From positions 1 through 64,000 of the IMG/VR virus record IMGVR_UViG_3300048920_000015: a stretch of 64,000 bases of DNA; one strand, given 5' to 3'. The notes beneath the pieces were generated by a model. It saw nothing but the letters and a program-made list of their open reading frames with translations. It searched no databases and was not told the DNA's origin. How positions within the stretch are numbered: position 1 is the first letter of the stretch; every line of letters begins with the position of its first letter. Made by a program: the position numbers and the translations under genes. Origin of the DNA: a virus. Positions 6,596 to 14,739 of the stretch are shown here, piece by piece.

Positions 6596-6670
6596 CTACT
6601 TGAATATACACCAGATAACAAAACCCCAGAACGTCAGGTATGCAATCAGTCTGATAGTTTCGTTGTCCAT
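6596..6670 (-). CDS. tiny membrane peptide, 24 aa (MDNETIRLIAYLTFWGFVIWCIFK)
   Basis: Hand-translated. GAGGAGAG RBS. Follows 6681..6896 directly. Confidence 0.3.
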   Translation of the reverse strand: MDNETIRLIAYLTFWGFVIWCIFK

Positions 6671-6680
6671 TACTCTCTCC

Positions 6681-6896
6681 TCACATCTCGTTGATTATTA
6701 CTGGTGCCACTGCGAAGCAGCACATACCAGTAAGGAACACAATTACGATCATGAACCAGTTGCCAATTAAGTCAGCTCGGCTCTCAGCCCCAAGTGTTAT
6801 CATCTCGTAACCACCCTCACAGGCTGCCCAGACGCACAGGAAACCAAAGACAATCACGATTAGCACTAGGATGCCGCCCAAAAGTTTCATGCCCAA
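6681..6896 (-). CDS. small membrane protein, 71 aa, 2 TM
   Basis: Track ORF with two long hydrophobic stretches. Confidence 0.55.
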   Translation of the reverse strand: MGMKLLGGILVLIVIVFGFLCVWAACEGGYEMITLGAESRADLIGNWFMIVIVFLTGMCCFAVAPVIINEM

Positions 6897-7096
6897 ATCC
6901 CCATGATGATTGCAATAATCACACTCACCACCATCACGATCCCGGCAGCCCCGCCAATGTAGGGAACGAACGCTGGAACCTTGGTCTTAAGCTGTCCTTT
7001 AGCTTTGTCTTCATAATTACAGAAGCTGTCGATCATCAGCATGATCAGGTAGATCACCAACGCGGTCATAGCAATCTTTGCAAATAGTAATGTCAT
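6887..7096 (-). CDS. small membrane protein, 69 aa, 2 TM
   Basis: Track ORF. Overlaps its neighbours by 4-10 nt. Confidence 0.55.
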   Translation of the reverse strand: MTLLFAKIAMTALVIYLIMLMIDSFCNYEDKAKGQLKTKVPAFVPYIGGAAGIVMVVSVIIAIIMGIWA

Positions 7097-7278
7097 TCTT
7101 TACCTCCTTCAATGTATTGTTTGAGTGCAGTAAGGGAAGCAAACTCTTCACTGCGAATCTTGCCACCACACCCACGGGGGCGGTAATGCCAGTGGTTGTC
7201 CTCACGGTAAATCCGACCAAGCTCTTTCTTGTGCCACTTCACCCGGATGTACTCTTCTTTCTGCTCATAATTAATCAT
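7093..7278 (-). CDS. hypothetical protein, 61 aa
   Basis: Track ORF 7093..7377 trimmed to MINYEQ. ATGATTAA overlap with the upstream stop. Confidence 0.5.
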   Translation of the reverse strand: MINYEQKEEYIRVKWHKKELGRIYREDNHWHYRPRGCGGKIRSEEFASLTALKQYIEGGKE

Positions 7279-8398
7279 ACTTCGCCTTTTGATAGATAGT
7301 TGCAGTGTAGAACGCCTCGGTTTGATCCTTGGCTGCGGCACGATCATAGTAGCCCTGACGGCTCTCTTGCTTGGCAAATTTGTTCTTTACACGGTCAGGA
7401 CAGTCACGACGACCCATCCGGTAGCCAGTATAGTGGTTCACACGCTTGATCATTTTGTTCAGGTCTTTGTACTCTTCAGGCAGTTCACCAGCTCGGCGTG
7501 AAGTGATCTTAACTGTGTTGTTCTCAGTGCTTAGAGCGGCAACAGGATCACTATACTTCCACTTAACCTGCCCGCCATGATGTTCACCATCATTGAAACA
7601 CTCTTCCTGTACTGTGGTTGCGAACAACCCAACCCATTGAGAATCACGCAAAACTTCCTTGTCATCATCACGGAAGTTGACGCTCTTCAGTGACAGGTAT
7701 GAACTGTAGTAACCCAACTGGCGCTGGTCAACAACAACATCGTACAGCATCCGGTGCTGGGTCCACTCCAGCTTCACCATACCAACAAATTGAACCTCAC
7801 CCTGCTCAGAGCCATGTTGTCGCATCTTCACCCAATCCCCCGGCTTCAAATCTTTGATCTTCAAGGCTTCCTCCACCTTTTCAATCTCCTTGACAACCTT
7901 GGTGTATTCTGGTGCGTTGATGGGCAACAGGATGTGACAACCCTCACGTCCCCAGACACATTCATCCATGATTTCACCGTTGATGATGGTACAGGTTTGG
8001 ATTAGAGTTGACAGGTTGCCGGTTGGAATCTCCACAGTGAAGCCGCGTGGATCATGAAGACGGAACACCTTGTTCTCTGTGGTCCAGCGAGTGGCGTCTT
8101 GACCAACCTTGAACCCTTTCATTGGCACGTTGTCGTAGATGCCAACCTCACCAGCAGTCTCAGCTTCTCGGAGTTCTTGGATGTAGTGGCCTTGATCATT
8201 TTTCACTGGGTTGCCAGCAGCATCACGTACATACTCATATCGTGCTGGAACGTTGGCCCAGTTCTGACCAGTCTTCATCATCTTGGAGGTTGCACTATCT
8301 GGAGTGCCATCACGCTTCAGGTGGTAAGGGCACATGTAAGCCAAGTCACCACGACCTACAGCTTTTACTGCCCAGATTTTGTCAGCGATGTTGATCAT
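7271..8398 (-). CDS. hypothetical protein, 375 aa
   Basis: Track ORF trimmed to MINIADK, because the promoter at 8431..8458 lies inside the longer ORF. GGAG RBS. Confidence 0.7.
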   Translation of the reverse strand: MINIADKIWAVKAVGRGDLAYMCPYHLKRDGTPDSATSKMMKTGQNWANVPARYEYVRDAAGNPVKNDQGHYIQELREAETAGEVGIYDNVPMKGFKVGQDATRWTTENKVFRLHDPRGFTVEIPTGNLSTLIQTCTIINGEIMDECVWGREGCHILLPINAPEYTKVVKEIEKVEEALKIKDLKPGDWVKMRQHGSEQGEVQFVGMVKLEWTQHRMLYDVVVDQRQLGYYSSYLSLKSVNFRDDDKEVLRDSQWVGLFATTVQEECFNDGEHHGGQVKWKYSDPVAALSTENNTVKITSRRAGELPEEYKDLNKMIKRVNHYTGYRMGRRDCPDRVKNKFAKQESRQGYYDRAAAKDQTEAFYTATIYQKAKYD

Positions 8399-8430
8399 TA
8401 TTTGTTGCTCCGTTGTTGGTTGATGTGCCC

Positions 8431-8458
8431 ATTGTACAGGATATAGGGTGCCGGTCAA
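8431..8458 (-). promoter_or_regulatory. sigma70-type promoter TTGACC-16-TACAAT
   Basis: Read on the minus strand. Confidence 0.6.
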
Positions 8459-8493
8459 CCCTTTGGGTTAATATTTTCACTTTATTTTACCCA

Positions 8494-8518
8494 AAGAAAA
8501 AGCCCGCCGAAGCGGGCC
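8494..8518 (-). terminator. rho-independent terminator (GCCCGC-TTCG-GCGGGC plus T5)
   Basis: UUCG tetraloop hairpin 3 nt after the stop of 8521..8718. Confidence 0.7.
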
Positions 8519-8520
8519 TG

Positions 8521-8718
8521 TCAATACCACATTTGTGTACGTTCGTGCATAGCCAAGCGAAGTTCATTGATACGAGCTTCTAGCCACATTCTTCGTCTCG
8601 GGATTGTACAAGTCCTTAGACACTCCCTGAAATCGGCAAGCTTAACTTTGAGAATCCTGATCTGTTCTTTGGCGTAGTACGCTTCCAGTGCAGCAGGTGT
8701 ATTTAGATCAGCCATCAT
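8521..8718 (-). CDS. hypothetical protein, 65 aa
   Basis: Track ORF. AAGGAG RBS. Confidence 0.55.
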   Translation of the reverse strand: MMADLNTPAALEAYYAKEQIRILKVKLADFRECLRTCTIPRRRMWLEARINELRLAMHERTQMWY

Positions 8719-8753
8719 TGGCTCCTTATGTTAAGAACTCCTTCTCTACACTA

Positions 8754-8782
8754 ATTATACACCCTTTGTCAAGACCTGTCCA
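8754..8782 (-). promoter_or_regulatory. sigma70-type promoter TGGACA-17-TATAAT
   Basis: Perfect -10 with a 5/6 -35. Confidence 0.45.
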
Positions 8783-8784
8783 GC

Positions 8785-8931
8785 TTAATCGTCGTCCTGA
8801 ATGTCAGCAGGTTTAGCCTCCCAAACACCACGACCAGACTTGCGACGGTCACGACTTTTACGATCTTCCTTGCGGTGTTCACGCTTGGCTTTTTCGTATT
8901 CCCAGCTCTTGCCGAACTCTTCTACTTTCAT
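8785..8931 (-). CDS. small basic protein, 48 aa (MKVEEFGKSWEYEKAKREHRKEDRKSRDRRKSGRGVWEAKPADIQDDD); paralogue of 4124..4264
   Basis: Hand-translated, below track cutoff. Begins 5 nt after the stop of 8937..9164. Confidence 0.45.
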   Translation of the reverse strand: MKVEEFGKSWEYEKAKREHRKEDRKSRDRRKSGRGVWEAKPADIQDDD

Positions 8932-8936
8932 TTCCT

Positions 8937-9164
8937 TCACACTACATCCCCTTCTACTGGTAGATTACGCTTAACTTCTAGAACCACTTCAATGTCACCA
9001 CTAATACGCTTATAGTCTTCCAAGCTCACAGACATGTCAGCCCAGTAGGCTGCCAAGACTCCACGTGTGAAGTTAGCGTGTGCAATGGCGTCTCTGTAAG
9101 TCTGTGCCGTCACAATCAACCTGTAGAAGCTATCGATGTAACGTAGCTTTTTATCTGTTGTCAA
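8937..9164 (-). CDS. hypothetical protein, 75 aa
   Basis: Track ORF. Confidence 0.55.
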   Translation of the reverse strand: MTTDKKLRYIDSFYRLIVTAQTYRDAIAHANFTRGVLAAYWADMSVSLEDYKRISGDIEVVLEVKRNLPVEGDVV

Positions 9165-9376
9165 ACTTTACCTCCAAGCGTTGTAAACAAACGATGGGTA
9201 GGCGTGATGCCTTCCATTTCCAAACGTTTGTTGATTCGAAATTGAATCAAATCATCAGCATTCTGCTCACCCATGTTGGCACGAACAGTGTCCTGACAAT
9301 CCCAGTGACACTTTAACAGGCCATCGAATACTTGTCCATCAATCATTGGGAGGTTACAGCCGGGGCAATTCGCCAT
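9161..9376 (-). CDS. hypothetical Cys-rich protein, 71 aa (CPGC...CHWDC)
   Basis: Track ORF with a putative Zn-binding pair of Cys motifs. Confidence 0.55.
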   Translation of the reverse strand: MANCPGCNLPMIDGQVFDGLLKCHWDCQDTVRANMGEQNADDLIQFRINKRLEMEGITPTHRLFTTLGGKV

Positions 9377-9377
9377 A

Positions 9378-9707
9378 TCAGTTACTCTTTGTGCAGATAG
9401 CGTCAGTGCCTACAAGACGGCTGAAGTATCGTTGGGATTCAGGGTAGACGTATGCTTGTTCAACAACGTCCCATTTGCTACCAATCTTCACGTTGCCAGC
9501 CCGAGAGCGGGAACAGCTCAGACGTTGGTCTTGCCAGAGATAACCGCTCTCCACTTCACGGAGATTCACCTTGCTGTTGGTTTTGGAGCGTAGTGATACA
9601 CTCTCAACAACCATCGTGGTGCGTTTCTCGCTTAACAGCTTGGCCTCTTCACAGCCAGTGAGGGCGAGTGTAGCCATCATCAGTACAGCAGTCAACAGTT
9701 TTTTCAC
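9378..9707 (-). CDS. lipoprotein, 109 aa
   Basis: Signal peptide MKKLLTAVLMMATLALTG|C with lipobox L-T-G-C. Confidence 0.7.
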   Translation of the reverse strand: MKKLLTAVLMMATLALTGCEEAKLLSEKRTTMVVESVSLRSKTNSKVNLREVESGYLWQDQRLSCSRSRAGNVKIGSKWDVVEQAYVYPESQRYFSRLVGTDAICTKSN

Positions 9708-9910
9708 AGGTTGTGCTCCAATTGAGTTGCAAAATTGAGGGATTCTTGGGCTTCGTTGGCCATCTTCAGAAACTCTTCAGCCAACTGGCGATCACGTGCG
9801 TTGTGGTAACACTGGAATTCAACACTGCCAGCAGCCCTCAGTGCACGTTCGAGTTTAGCCAGTGTACGTTTTAGGTCTTCAATGATCACATCCTTTGGAT
9901 ATACCATCAC
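9704..9910 (-). CDS. hypothetical protein, 68 aa
   Basis: Track ORF with 4-nt overlaps on both sides. Confidence 0.55.
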   Translation of the reverse strand: MMVYPKDVIIEDLKRTLAKLERALRAAGSVEFQCYHNARDRQLAEEFLKMANEAQESLNFATQLEHNL

Positions 9911-10305
9911 TTTTTACCCTCAATTCGTTTGATTGCTTTGTCGAAGATGTTACGGCCAGCCTTCAGGCCAACCACACCCAGAGATTCAAACTGGTTCTTC
10001 ATTTGGTTTGCAGCGTGGCAGCAAGCTACCACGTTACCCTTCACATAACCTTTGGAGCCGTCGATACGGTCAATGGTGAAGTCCGACAGACGCAGCTCAC
10101 CATTCTCTTCCTTGCCGGTGCTCTTGGTCAAACCGATGCCGGTGTAGTAGCAACGCTTGGCAGACAGCAGGTTCTTCATCGAAGCGATGGTGAGATTGAA
10201 CTCAATGCCACGCTTCTTGGCGTTCTCTGCCTTCCAGACCAGATGCTTCGCAGCATACAGGTCGAACTCGTTTGGAGTCATGTTGAACGGACGTTTTACA
10301 GCCAT
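9907..10305 (-). CDS. HNH endonuclease, 132 aa
   Basis: TIDRIDGSKGYVKGNVVACCHAANQMK matches the DRID..GY..GNV....N..K HNH signature. Trimmed to MAVKRPF. Confidence 0.65.
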   Translation of the reverse strand: MAVKRPFNMTPNEFDLYAAKHLVWKAENAKKRGIEFNLTIASMKNLLSAKRCYYTGIGLTKSTGKEENGELRLSDFTIDRIDGSKGYVKGNVVACCHAANQMKNQFESLGVVGLKAGRNIFDKAIKRIEGKK

Positions 10306-10306
10306 G

Positions 10307-10447
10307 TTATTTGATCCCCAACTGAACGCAGACGACAGTGATAAGAACGGCACCGATTGCCGAGACGATGATACCAGCAGGTTGCTTGTTAGGCAACAAC
10401 ATTGTTACGAGCAAAGCCCAGAGAATGCAGAGGCAGATGGAAACCAT
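10307..10447 (-). CDS. small membrane protein, 46 aa, 2 TM
   Basis: Hand-translated (MVSICLCILWALLVTMLLPNKQPAGIIVSAIGAVLITVVCVQLGIK). AAGGAG RBS. Confidence 0.45.
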   Translation of the reverse strand: MVSICLCILWALLVTMLLPNKQPAGIIVSAIGAVLITVVCVQLGIK

Positions 10448-10463
10448 TGTGTAACTCCTTTGA

Positions 10464-10757
10464 TTATGCGCGTTTCATTTCTTTGATGGTGAAGAATTTA
10501 CCATGCTCTTTGTTCTCAGTCAAGAACTTTCGAGCCAACAGCGCGATGAAATCGTTGCTGATCTTGTAGTCGTTGCCGTAGGTTTTAATCATCGACTCCC
10601 AACGGATACGGTTACAAACCAACCAAGCAGAACTTTTCTTTACACCGCTGTTGATCAGCTCAAGTGTAAACTTTTCGAAGAGTGGGTAGAACTCAGGATT
10701 GAGTTACAGCCAGTCATTGAATTGCTCAGTCAGAGTGCGGCCATCTTTTGCAAGCAT
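10464..10757 (-). pseudogene. 96-codon ORF interrupted by an in-frame TAA at 10704..10706 (MLAKDGRTLTEQFNDWL*LNPEFYPLFEKFTLELINSG...KEMKRA)
   Basis: Re-read base by base. The ATG overlaps the upstream TGA (TGATG). 17 codons precede the TAA. 79 open codons follow it in the same frame, with no start codon near their beginning. Confidence 0.5.
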
Positions 10758-11701
10758 CAGTATGTTTCTCCGTTGTAAGGTTTAAGCAAATGTTGGTTCT
10801 TGTTGAACCTTTCGATGTAGTCATTCTCGCCCAGTTCGTTGTACAGGTCAAGCACTTTCGAGTAATTTTCCCAAGCGTACTCACGGAACCAACCACTGGT
10901 GATACTTGTGCACACCTTCATAAGAGCCATCTCAAAGCTCCAGCGAGCCGAAGGCCCACCCTCCTTACCCAAGCCATGAGGAATCTGCGAACGCTCAAGA
11001 GCGAGCACACAGGACTCTTCATAGACACCGTAAAGGCGAGTCAACTCACTCACGGACATGAACTTCTCTTTGGAAGTCATCACCTCAGAGCCTTCTTTCA
11101 TGTAGAAGGTGTAAGCAGGCACACCCATGACCAAGGCCACAGCCAAGTGGATGCTGTCATGATCGTACACATACTGAACACCATCACCATTGAAGAAGTC
11201 TTTGGAACTGACGTTCAGCTTAGGGTGAGCGTAGTCGTAGGACTCTTTCTCACGCAGCTTCAGAATCTCACGGTTGCGTTCGATCCACTTGATAGGTTGA
11301 CCGCCATTAACCTTGTGACGCAGGAAGTGAATGTCCTGCATAGTCTTCAGGAAGTGCGGACTGTTCCGCTTGTACTTGTGGCTTTCCTTGATCAATAGAA
11401 GATCAAGGTTGCTTGCCGTCACTGGAATCTGCCAGTTGATGGCGTTGTACTCGTTCAGCAGAATCTCAGCAGATGTACCCGGCCAAGCCAGCTCAAACTC
11501 GTAGTTCATGCCGTCTTTGCCACGTGCGTGGTAATACTTCCCGCCGTCAGTTGGGACGGCGAATTGCAGGCGACCTTTGTGGTGTCGATGCCACAGGCGG
11601 AATTGATCCAGAGTGCAGATGAAATCCCAATCAACACACTTGCGTTGGGACTCCAGCTCAGGGTTGTTCGCTACTAGAGCACGGCTACCGATAAGCAACA
11701 T
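10757..11701 (-). CDS. 314-aa protein with a possible Pol-beta-type nucleotidyltransferase N-terminus (IGS-x17-DWD)
   Basis: Track ORF. The G-S...D-x-D spacing resembles minimal NTases. Otherwise unknown. Confidence 0.65.
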   Translation of the reverse strand: MLLIGSRALVANNPELESQRKCVDWDFICTLDQFRLWHRHHKGRLQFAVPTDGGKYYHARGKDGMNYEFELAWPGTSAEILLNEYNAINWQIPVTASNLDLLLIKESHKYKRNSPHFLKTMQDIHFLRHKVNGGQPIKWIERNREILKLREKESYDYAHPKLNVSSKDFFNGDGVQYVYDHDSIHLAVALVMGVPAYTFYMKEGSEVMTSKEKFMSVSELTRLYGVYEESCVLALERSQIPHGLGKEGGPSARWSFEMALMKVCTSITSGWFREYAWENYSKVLDLYNELGENDYIERFNKNQHLLKPYNGETY

Positions 11702-11713
11702 GGTGAATCTCCT

Positions 11714-12391
11714 TTAGACAGGTTTAAGGCCAGCACGACGCATAACCCGGATGTAGTTAGCAGCTTGTGCTTCAAGCTCTTTGATTTGTTGGTTGACATT
11801 CTGCCAGTTGGAGACAGCTTCGTCAAGCGATACTTCTGGCTCAGGCGTAGTAGTGACTTTCTGCTCGGCAACATGCTCGATGTCGTCTACGTGTGCATCC
11901 CAGTCATCTTGATTTGGGAAGTCAACCACGAAGTCATCCCCGCTGGTGCGTACAATCATACCAATATCACCCACTTTAACCTCGCCAGCGCCATAAGCTG
12001 GTTCTTCAGAAATCATGCGAACACGATCACCAATCTTGAAGGGACGATCTTCCCCGGTGACAATCACATCGGTTTTATTCACAGCATCATACTCACCACT
12101 GCTATTGCGAATGACGCCCAGCTTTGTTTGCGATGTGTCTTGCACTCGGCCAGTATAAACCTCACCGTCTCGGTAACGGTAGGTGACGATGTGGCCGCGT
12201 TGGAACTCTTCAAGTTGAACGCTGGTACGGTGATCCAATTTGAAGTTGTCACTGTCGAAAGTGATGTCAGGGTGGCCCTCAAGCCGGATATTGCGGCCAT
12301 GGACCCAGCTCACCTTTTTGATGTCACCTTCGTTAACGCGCATCCAGCTACCAGAGGTACGAACAACCATATCACCGATCTTGAAAGCCAT
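11714..12391 (-). CDS. hypothetical protein, 225 aa, with three SH3/Tudor-like FKIGD-type repeats and a C-terminal coiled coil
   Basis: Trimmed to MAFKIGD (GAGGA RBS, downstream of the promoter at 12422..12450). Internal repeats FKIGDMVVR / FQRGHIVTY / FKIGDRVRM. Confidence 0.65.
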   Translation of the reverse strand: MAFKIGDMVVRTSGSWMRVNEGDIKKVSWVHGRNIRLEGHPDITFDSDNFKLDHRTSVQLEEFQRGHIVTYRYRDGEVYTGRVQDTSQTKLGVIRNSSGEYDAVNKTDVIVTGEDRPFKIGDRVRMISEEPAYGAGEVKVGDIGMIVRTSGDDFVVDFPNQDDWDAHVDDIEHVAEQKVTTTPEPEVSLDEAVSNWQNVNQQIKELEAQAANYIRVMRRAGLKPV

Positions 12392-12421
12392 GTTTGAATC
12401 CTCGTTTGTTTGTGTGGCGCC

Positions 12422-12450
12422 ATGATACGAAAAAGCCTCGAGGCTGTCAA
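12422..12450 (-). promoter_or_regulatory. sigma70-type promoter TTGACA-17-TATCAT, nested in a terminator
   Basis: -35 sits in the loop of hairpin 12435..12459. -10 lies past the T-run. Confidence 0.6.
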
Positions 12451-12459
12451 CCCCGAGGC
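12430..12459 (-). terminator. rho-independent terminator (GCCTCG/CGAGGC plus T5)
   Basis: Follows the stop of 12467..12718. Confidence 0.55.
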
Positions 12460-12466
12460 TCAATCT

Positions 12467-12718
12467 TTAGCAGCTTTGCGAACTGGCGTTCCAGCCAGCA
12501 GTGGTGTAGTAACGGGAGCCGTGATCCTCTACATACTTCTCAGAGTAGTAGGTTCCGCCCATGCCATAACCACCAATGTCCAGATCGAACTCAAGGCCGT
12601 GTTCATCAGCGATGCTCTCAGCTTCGTACACAAGCTTTTGGGCTTGCTCAAGCAGGACAGCAATCTCGTTCAGCTTCTCACGCTTTACAGCGTCTTCACT
12701 CCACATCAGATGTTCCAT
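12467..12718 (-). CDS. W-x-SS-x-C family paralogue A, 83 aa (ends AGWNASSQSC)
   Basis: Track ORF. Shares a helical N-terminus, the L/IxFDLxxGG core and the C-terminal motif with three neighbours. Confidence 0.65.
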   Translation of the reverse strand: MEHLMWSEDAVKREKLNEIAVLLEQAQKLVYEAESIADEHGLEFDLDIGGYGMGGTYYSEKYVEDHGSRYYTTAGWNASSQSC

Positions 12719-13113
12719 CCGAAGTCATAGCCATACTGTGCAGACTGTTCCCACTCAGAGCAAGAGCCAGACGCTTCCCACAGGCTTGCTGGGGTGTATG
12801 TGTTGCTGTCGCCATCACGGTCAGTGAAGGTGAAAGGCAGTTCAGCCGATTCGGCGGTTTCCGAAGCCCACTCTTTGATGAACTCTTCCAGACCGTCAAC
12901 ATCGAAGTCCAGAGCGCCGTCTTCAGGTAGGTTCTGGAGAACCAGAGCCAGTTTTGCAAGGTTGTCCAGCTCATTGTCAGACAGACCTTCCAGAGTGTGG
13001 CTGGTGTAGCTGTAGGCCGAACCGTTGTGGTAGGTGCCTTCGATCAGTTGGGACACCAGAATAACACCAGCGGCCAGTTCAACTTGAGCTTGATTCGTAA
13101 CAGTGCGAGTCAT
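12706..13113 (-). CDS. W-x-SS-x-C family paralogue D, 135 aa (internal LWEASGSC plus a 17-aa extension)
   Basis: Track ORF. Contains ELPFTFTDRDGD...LWEASGSCSEW. Confidence 0.6.
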   Translation of the reverse strand: MTRTVTNQAQVELAAGVILVSQLIEGTYHNGSAYSYTSHTLEGLSDNELDNLAKLALVLQNLPEDGALDFDVDGLEEFIKEWASETAESAELPFTFTDRDGDSNTYTPASLWEASGSCSEWEQSAQYGYDFGWNI

Positions 13114-13136
13114 TTCATTTCTCCTTTGTGGGTTAA

Positions 13137-13592
13137 TTAGCAGTACATAGAACTGGAATCCCAGTCCACAGCATCGATAAGTCGGAAGTCGTTGGTGGTG
13201 CCGCCCACTTTGATGTTGGCTGGAATGTCGTACTTCTTGGCAACAGCCAGAATCTCAGACAGAGTACCTTGAACGCTCTCAGTCAGTTGAGCGACCAAAG
13301 CCACAGCTTCTTGGCGGCCTTTGTTGTAGGCTTCAAGGTCAGCTTTGTACGGGCCGTTGATGTAGGCAATCACCTCTTCAACGGTATACTCAGCAGGAGT
13401 CAGCTCAAAGCTGTACTCATCGTAGCCCATACGCTCAGCGTCAACATAGACGTCGTCGATGTAGCGACCACTCTCACCATAGGTCTGTACTTCCTGACGC
13501 TCAACCTCAACACGGGTTGCACCTTCAAGGGTCAGTTGACCGTGACGAACAGCTTCAGCGATCCACAGCAGATTGGTTAGTGCGTATGTCAT
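13137..13592 (-). CDS. W-x-SS-x-C family paralogue C, 151 aa (ends VDWDSSSMYC)
   Basis: Track ORF. Contains KKYDIPANIKVGGTT...DWDSSSMYC. Confidence 0.65.
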   Translation of the reverse strand: MTYALTNLLWIAEAVRHGQLTLEGATRVEVERQEVQTYGESGRYIDDVYVDAERMGYDEYSFELTPAEYTVEEVIAYINGPYKADLEAYNKGRQEAVALVAQLTESVQGTLSEILAVAKKYDIPANIKVGGTTNDFRLIDAVDWDSSSMYC

Positions 13593-14092
13593 TTATTTTC
13601 CTCCAGATATTTGATTGCGTTTTGTAGTACGTGGAGCTTATCGTACACCAAGCCTAGCATCATGTTGCAGTTTACACATAGGAGTCCACGCACTTTACCA
13701 GTGTCGTGGCAATGATCCACGTGAAACACTCCTTTGCCACCTGCCTCAGTCGTTTCACAAATCCTACACTTAAAATTCTGTCTTTGCAGCATATCAGTGT
13801 ACTCTCCAAATGTCATGCCGTAGTTCTTTTGTAGGTATTGACACTTCCTTCGTTCGTACTCTTTGGTACGACGAGCTTCATCCCACTCAGACTCTCTGGC
13901 AACCCTTTGAGATTGCTTCTTGACTTTATACTCAGGTTTCTTTGCGTATTCAGCTTGCCTTGCCGTCCAACAAGTCTTACAGATATACCTCCTGCTTTTC
14001 TGCATGGAGGGTGTCCAATTCTGATCTGTTAAAGATACAAGACAAACTTTGCATTCAGGATTCAACCTTGGCGGCTGTTTCCTACCAGCCAT
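13589..14092 (-). CDS. recombination endonuclease VII-like nuclease, 167 aa
   Basis: HVDHCHDTGKVRGLLCVNCNMMLG matches the Endonuclease_7 signature. N-terminal Cys pairs. Confidence 0.75.
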   Translation of the reverse strand: MAGRKQPPRLNPECKVCLVSLTDQNWTPSMQKSRRYICKTCWTARQAEYAKKPEYKVKKQSQRVARESEWDEARRTKEYERRKCQYLQKNYGMTFGEYTDMLQRQNFKCRICETTEAGGKGVFHVDHCHDTGKVRGLLCVNCNMMLGLVYDKLHVLQNAIKYLEENK

Positions 14093-14505
14093 TAAGCCTT
14101 TTTACCACCATCTTTCAGGCGATTTTCGACCTTATGATCCTCTCGATTCGCATTGTAGTACAGCTTGTCGATGATCGCACCAGCCAAGTCCCAACCTTCA
14201 TGCCCAGCAAGGTCGAATGCACGGATGATGGCATCTGCCAGTTCAACCTCAGCCATTGGGCGCTCTTTCAAGTGGTCGTCCATCAGACCCTTGCGGACAC
14301 CTTCAACAGCTTCGCTCACTTCAGAGTGAACCAGAGCCAGCTTAGACAGCACCAGAGTTACATCCCCTTTAGGGTGAGCAACACCTGTCTGGATGTTCTT
14401 CCACCAACCAGCGTCTACGTTACCACGATAGATGATCTGTTGCAAGTGGGTCAACGAATCCATGATTCGTGCTACTTCAAATACTTCTGCGTTGTTGATG
14501 CTCAT
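14092..14505 (-). CDS. MazG-like nucleoside triphosphate pyrophosphohydrolase, 137 aa
   Basis: All-alpha EVSEAVEGVRK...EVELADAIIRAFDLA (E..E..E...ELAD) motif pattern. Confidence 0.7.
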   Translation of the reverse strand: MSINNAEVFEVARIMDSLTHLQQIIYRGNVDAGWWKNIQTGVAHPKGDVTLVLSKLALVHSEVSEAVEGVRKGLMDDHLKERPMAEVELADAIIRAFDLAGHEGWDLAGAIIDKLYYNANREDHKVENRLKDGGKKA

Positions 14506-14720
14506 GAGTTGGCAGCACTTTGCATAGCGTTGTAGAAAGCCATCTGAGCACGATCAATCGACTCAGAGTCACCCTCAATCTCAAAACCAAGAGACTTGGC
14601 AGAGGCTTTAGCCTCGCTAACAGCGGCATTACTCAGTGCACGGAGCCAATCAAATTCTGTTTGAGTCTCGATTGTCAGTGTGATAGGCGAGAACAGTGGT
14701 TTACTTTTTACGATTTTCAT
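14502..14720 (-). CDS. hypothetical protein, 72 aa
   Basis: Track ORF. Confidence 0.55.
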   Translation of the reverse strand: MKIVKSKPLFSPITLTIETQTEFDWLRALSNAAVSEAKASAKSLGFEIEGDSESIDRAQMAFYNAMQSAANS

Positions 14721-14739
14721 TTTGAAACCTCCTTAAAAA

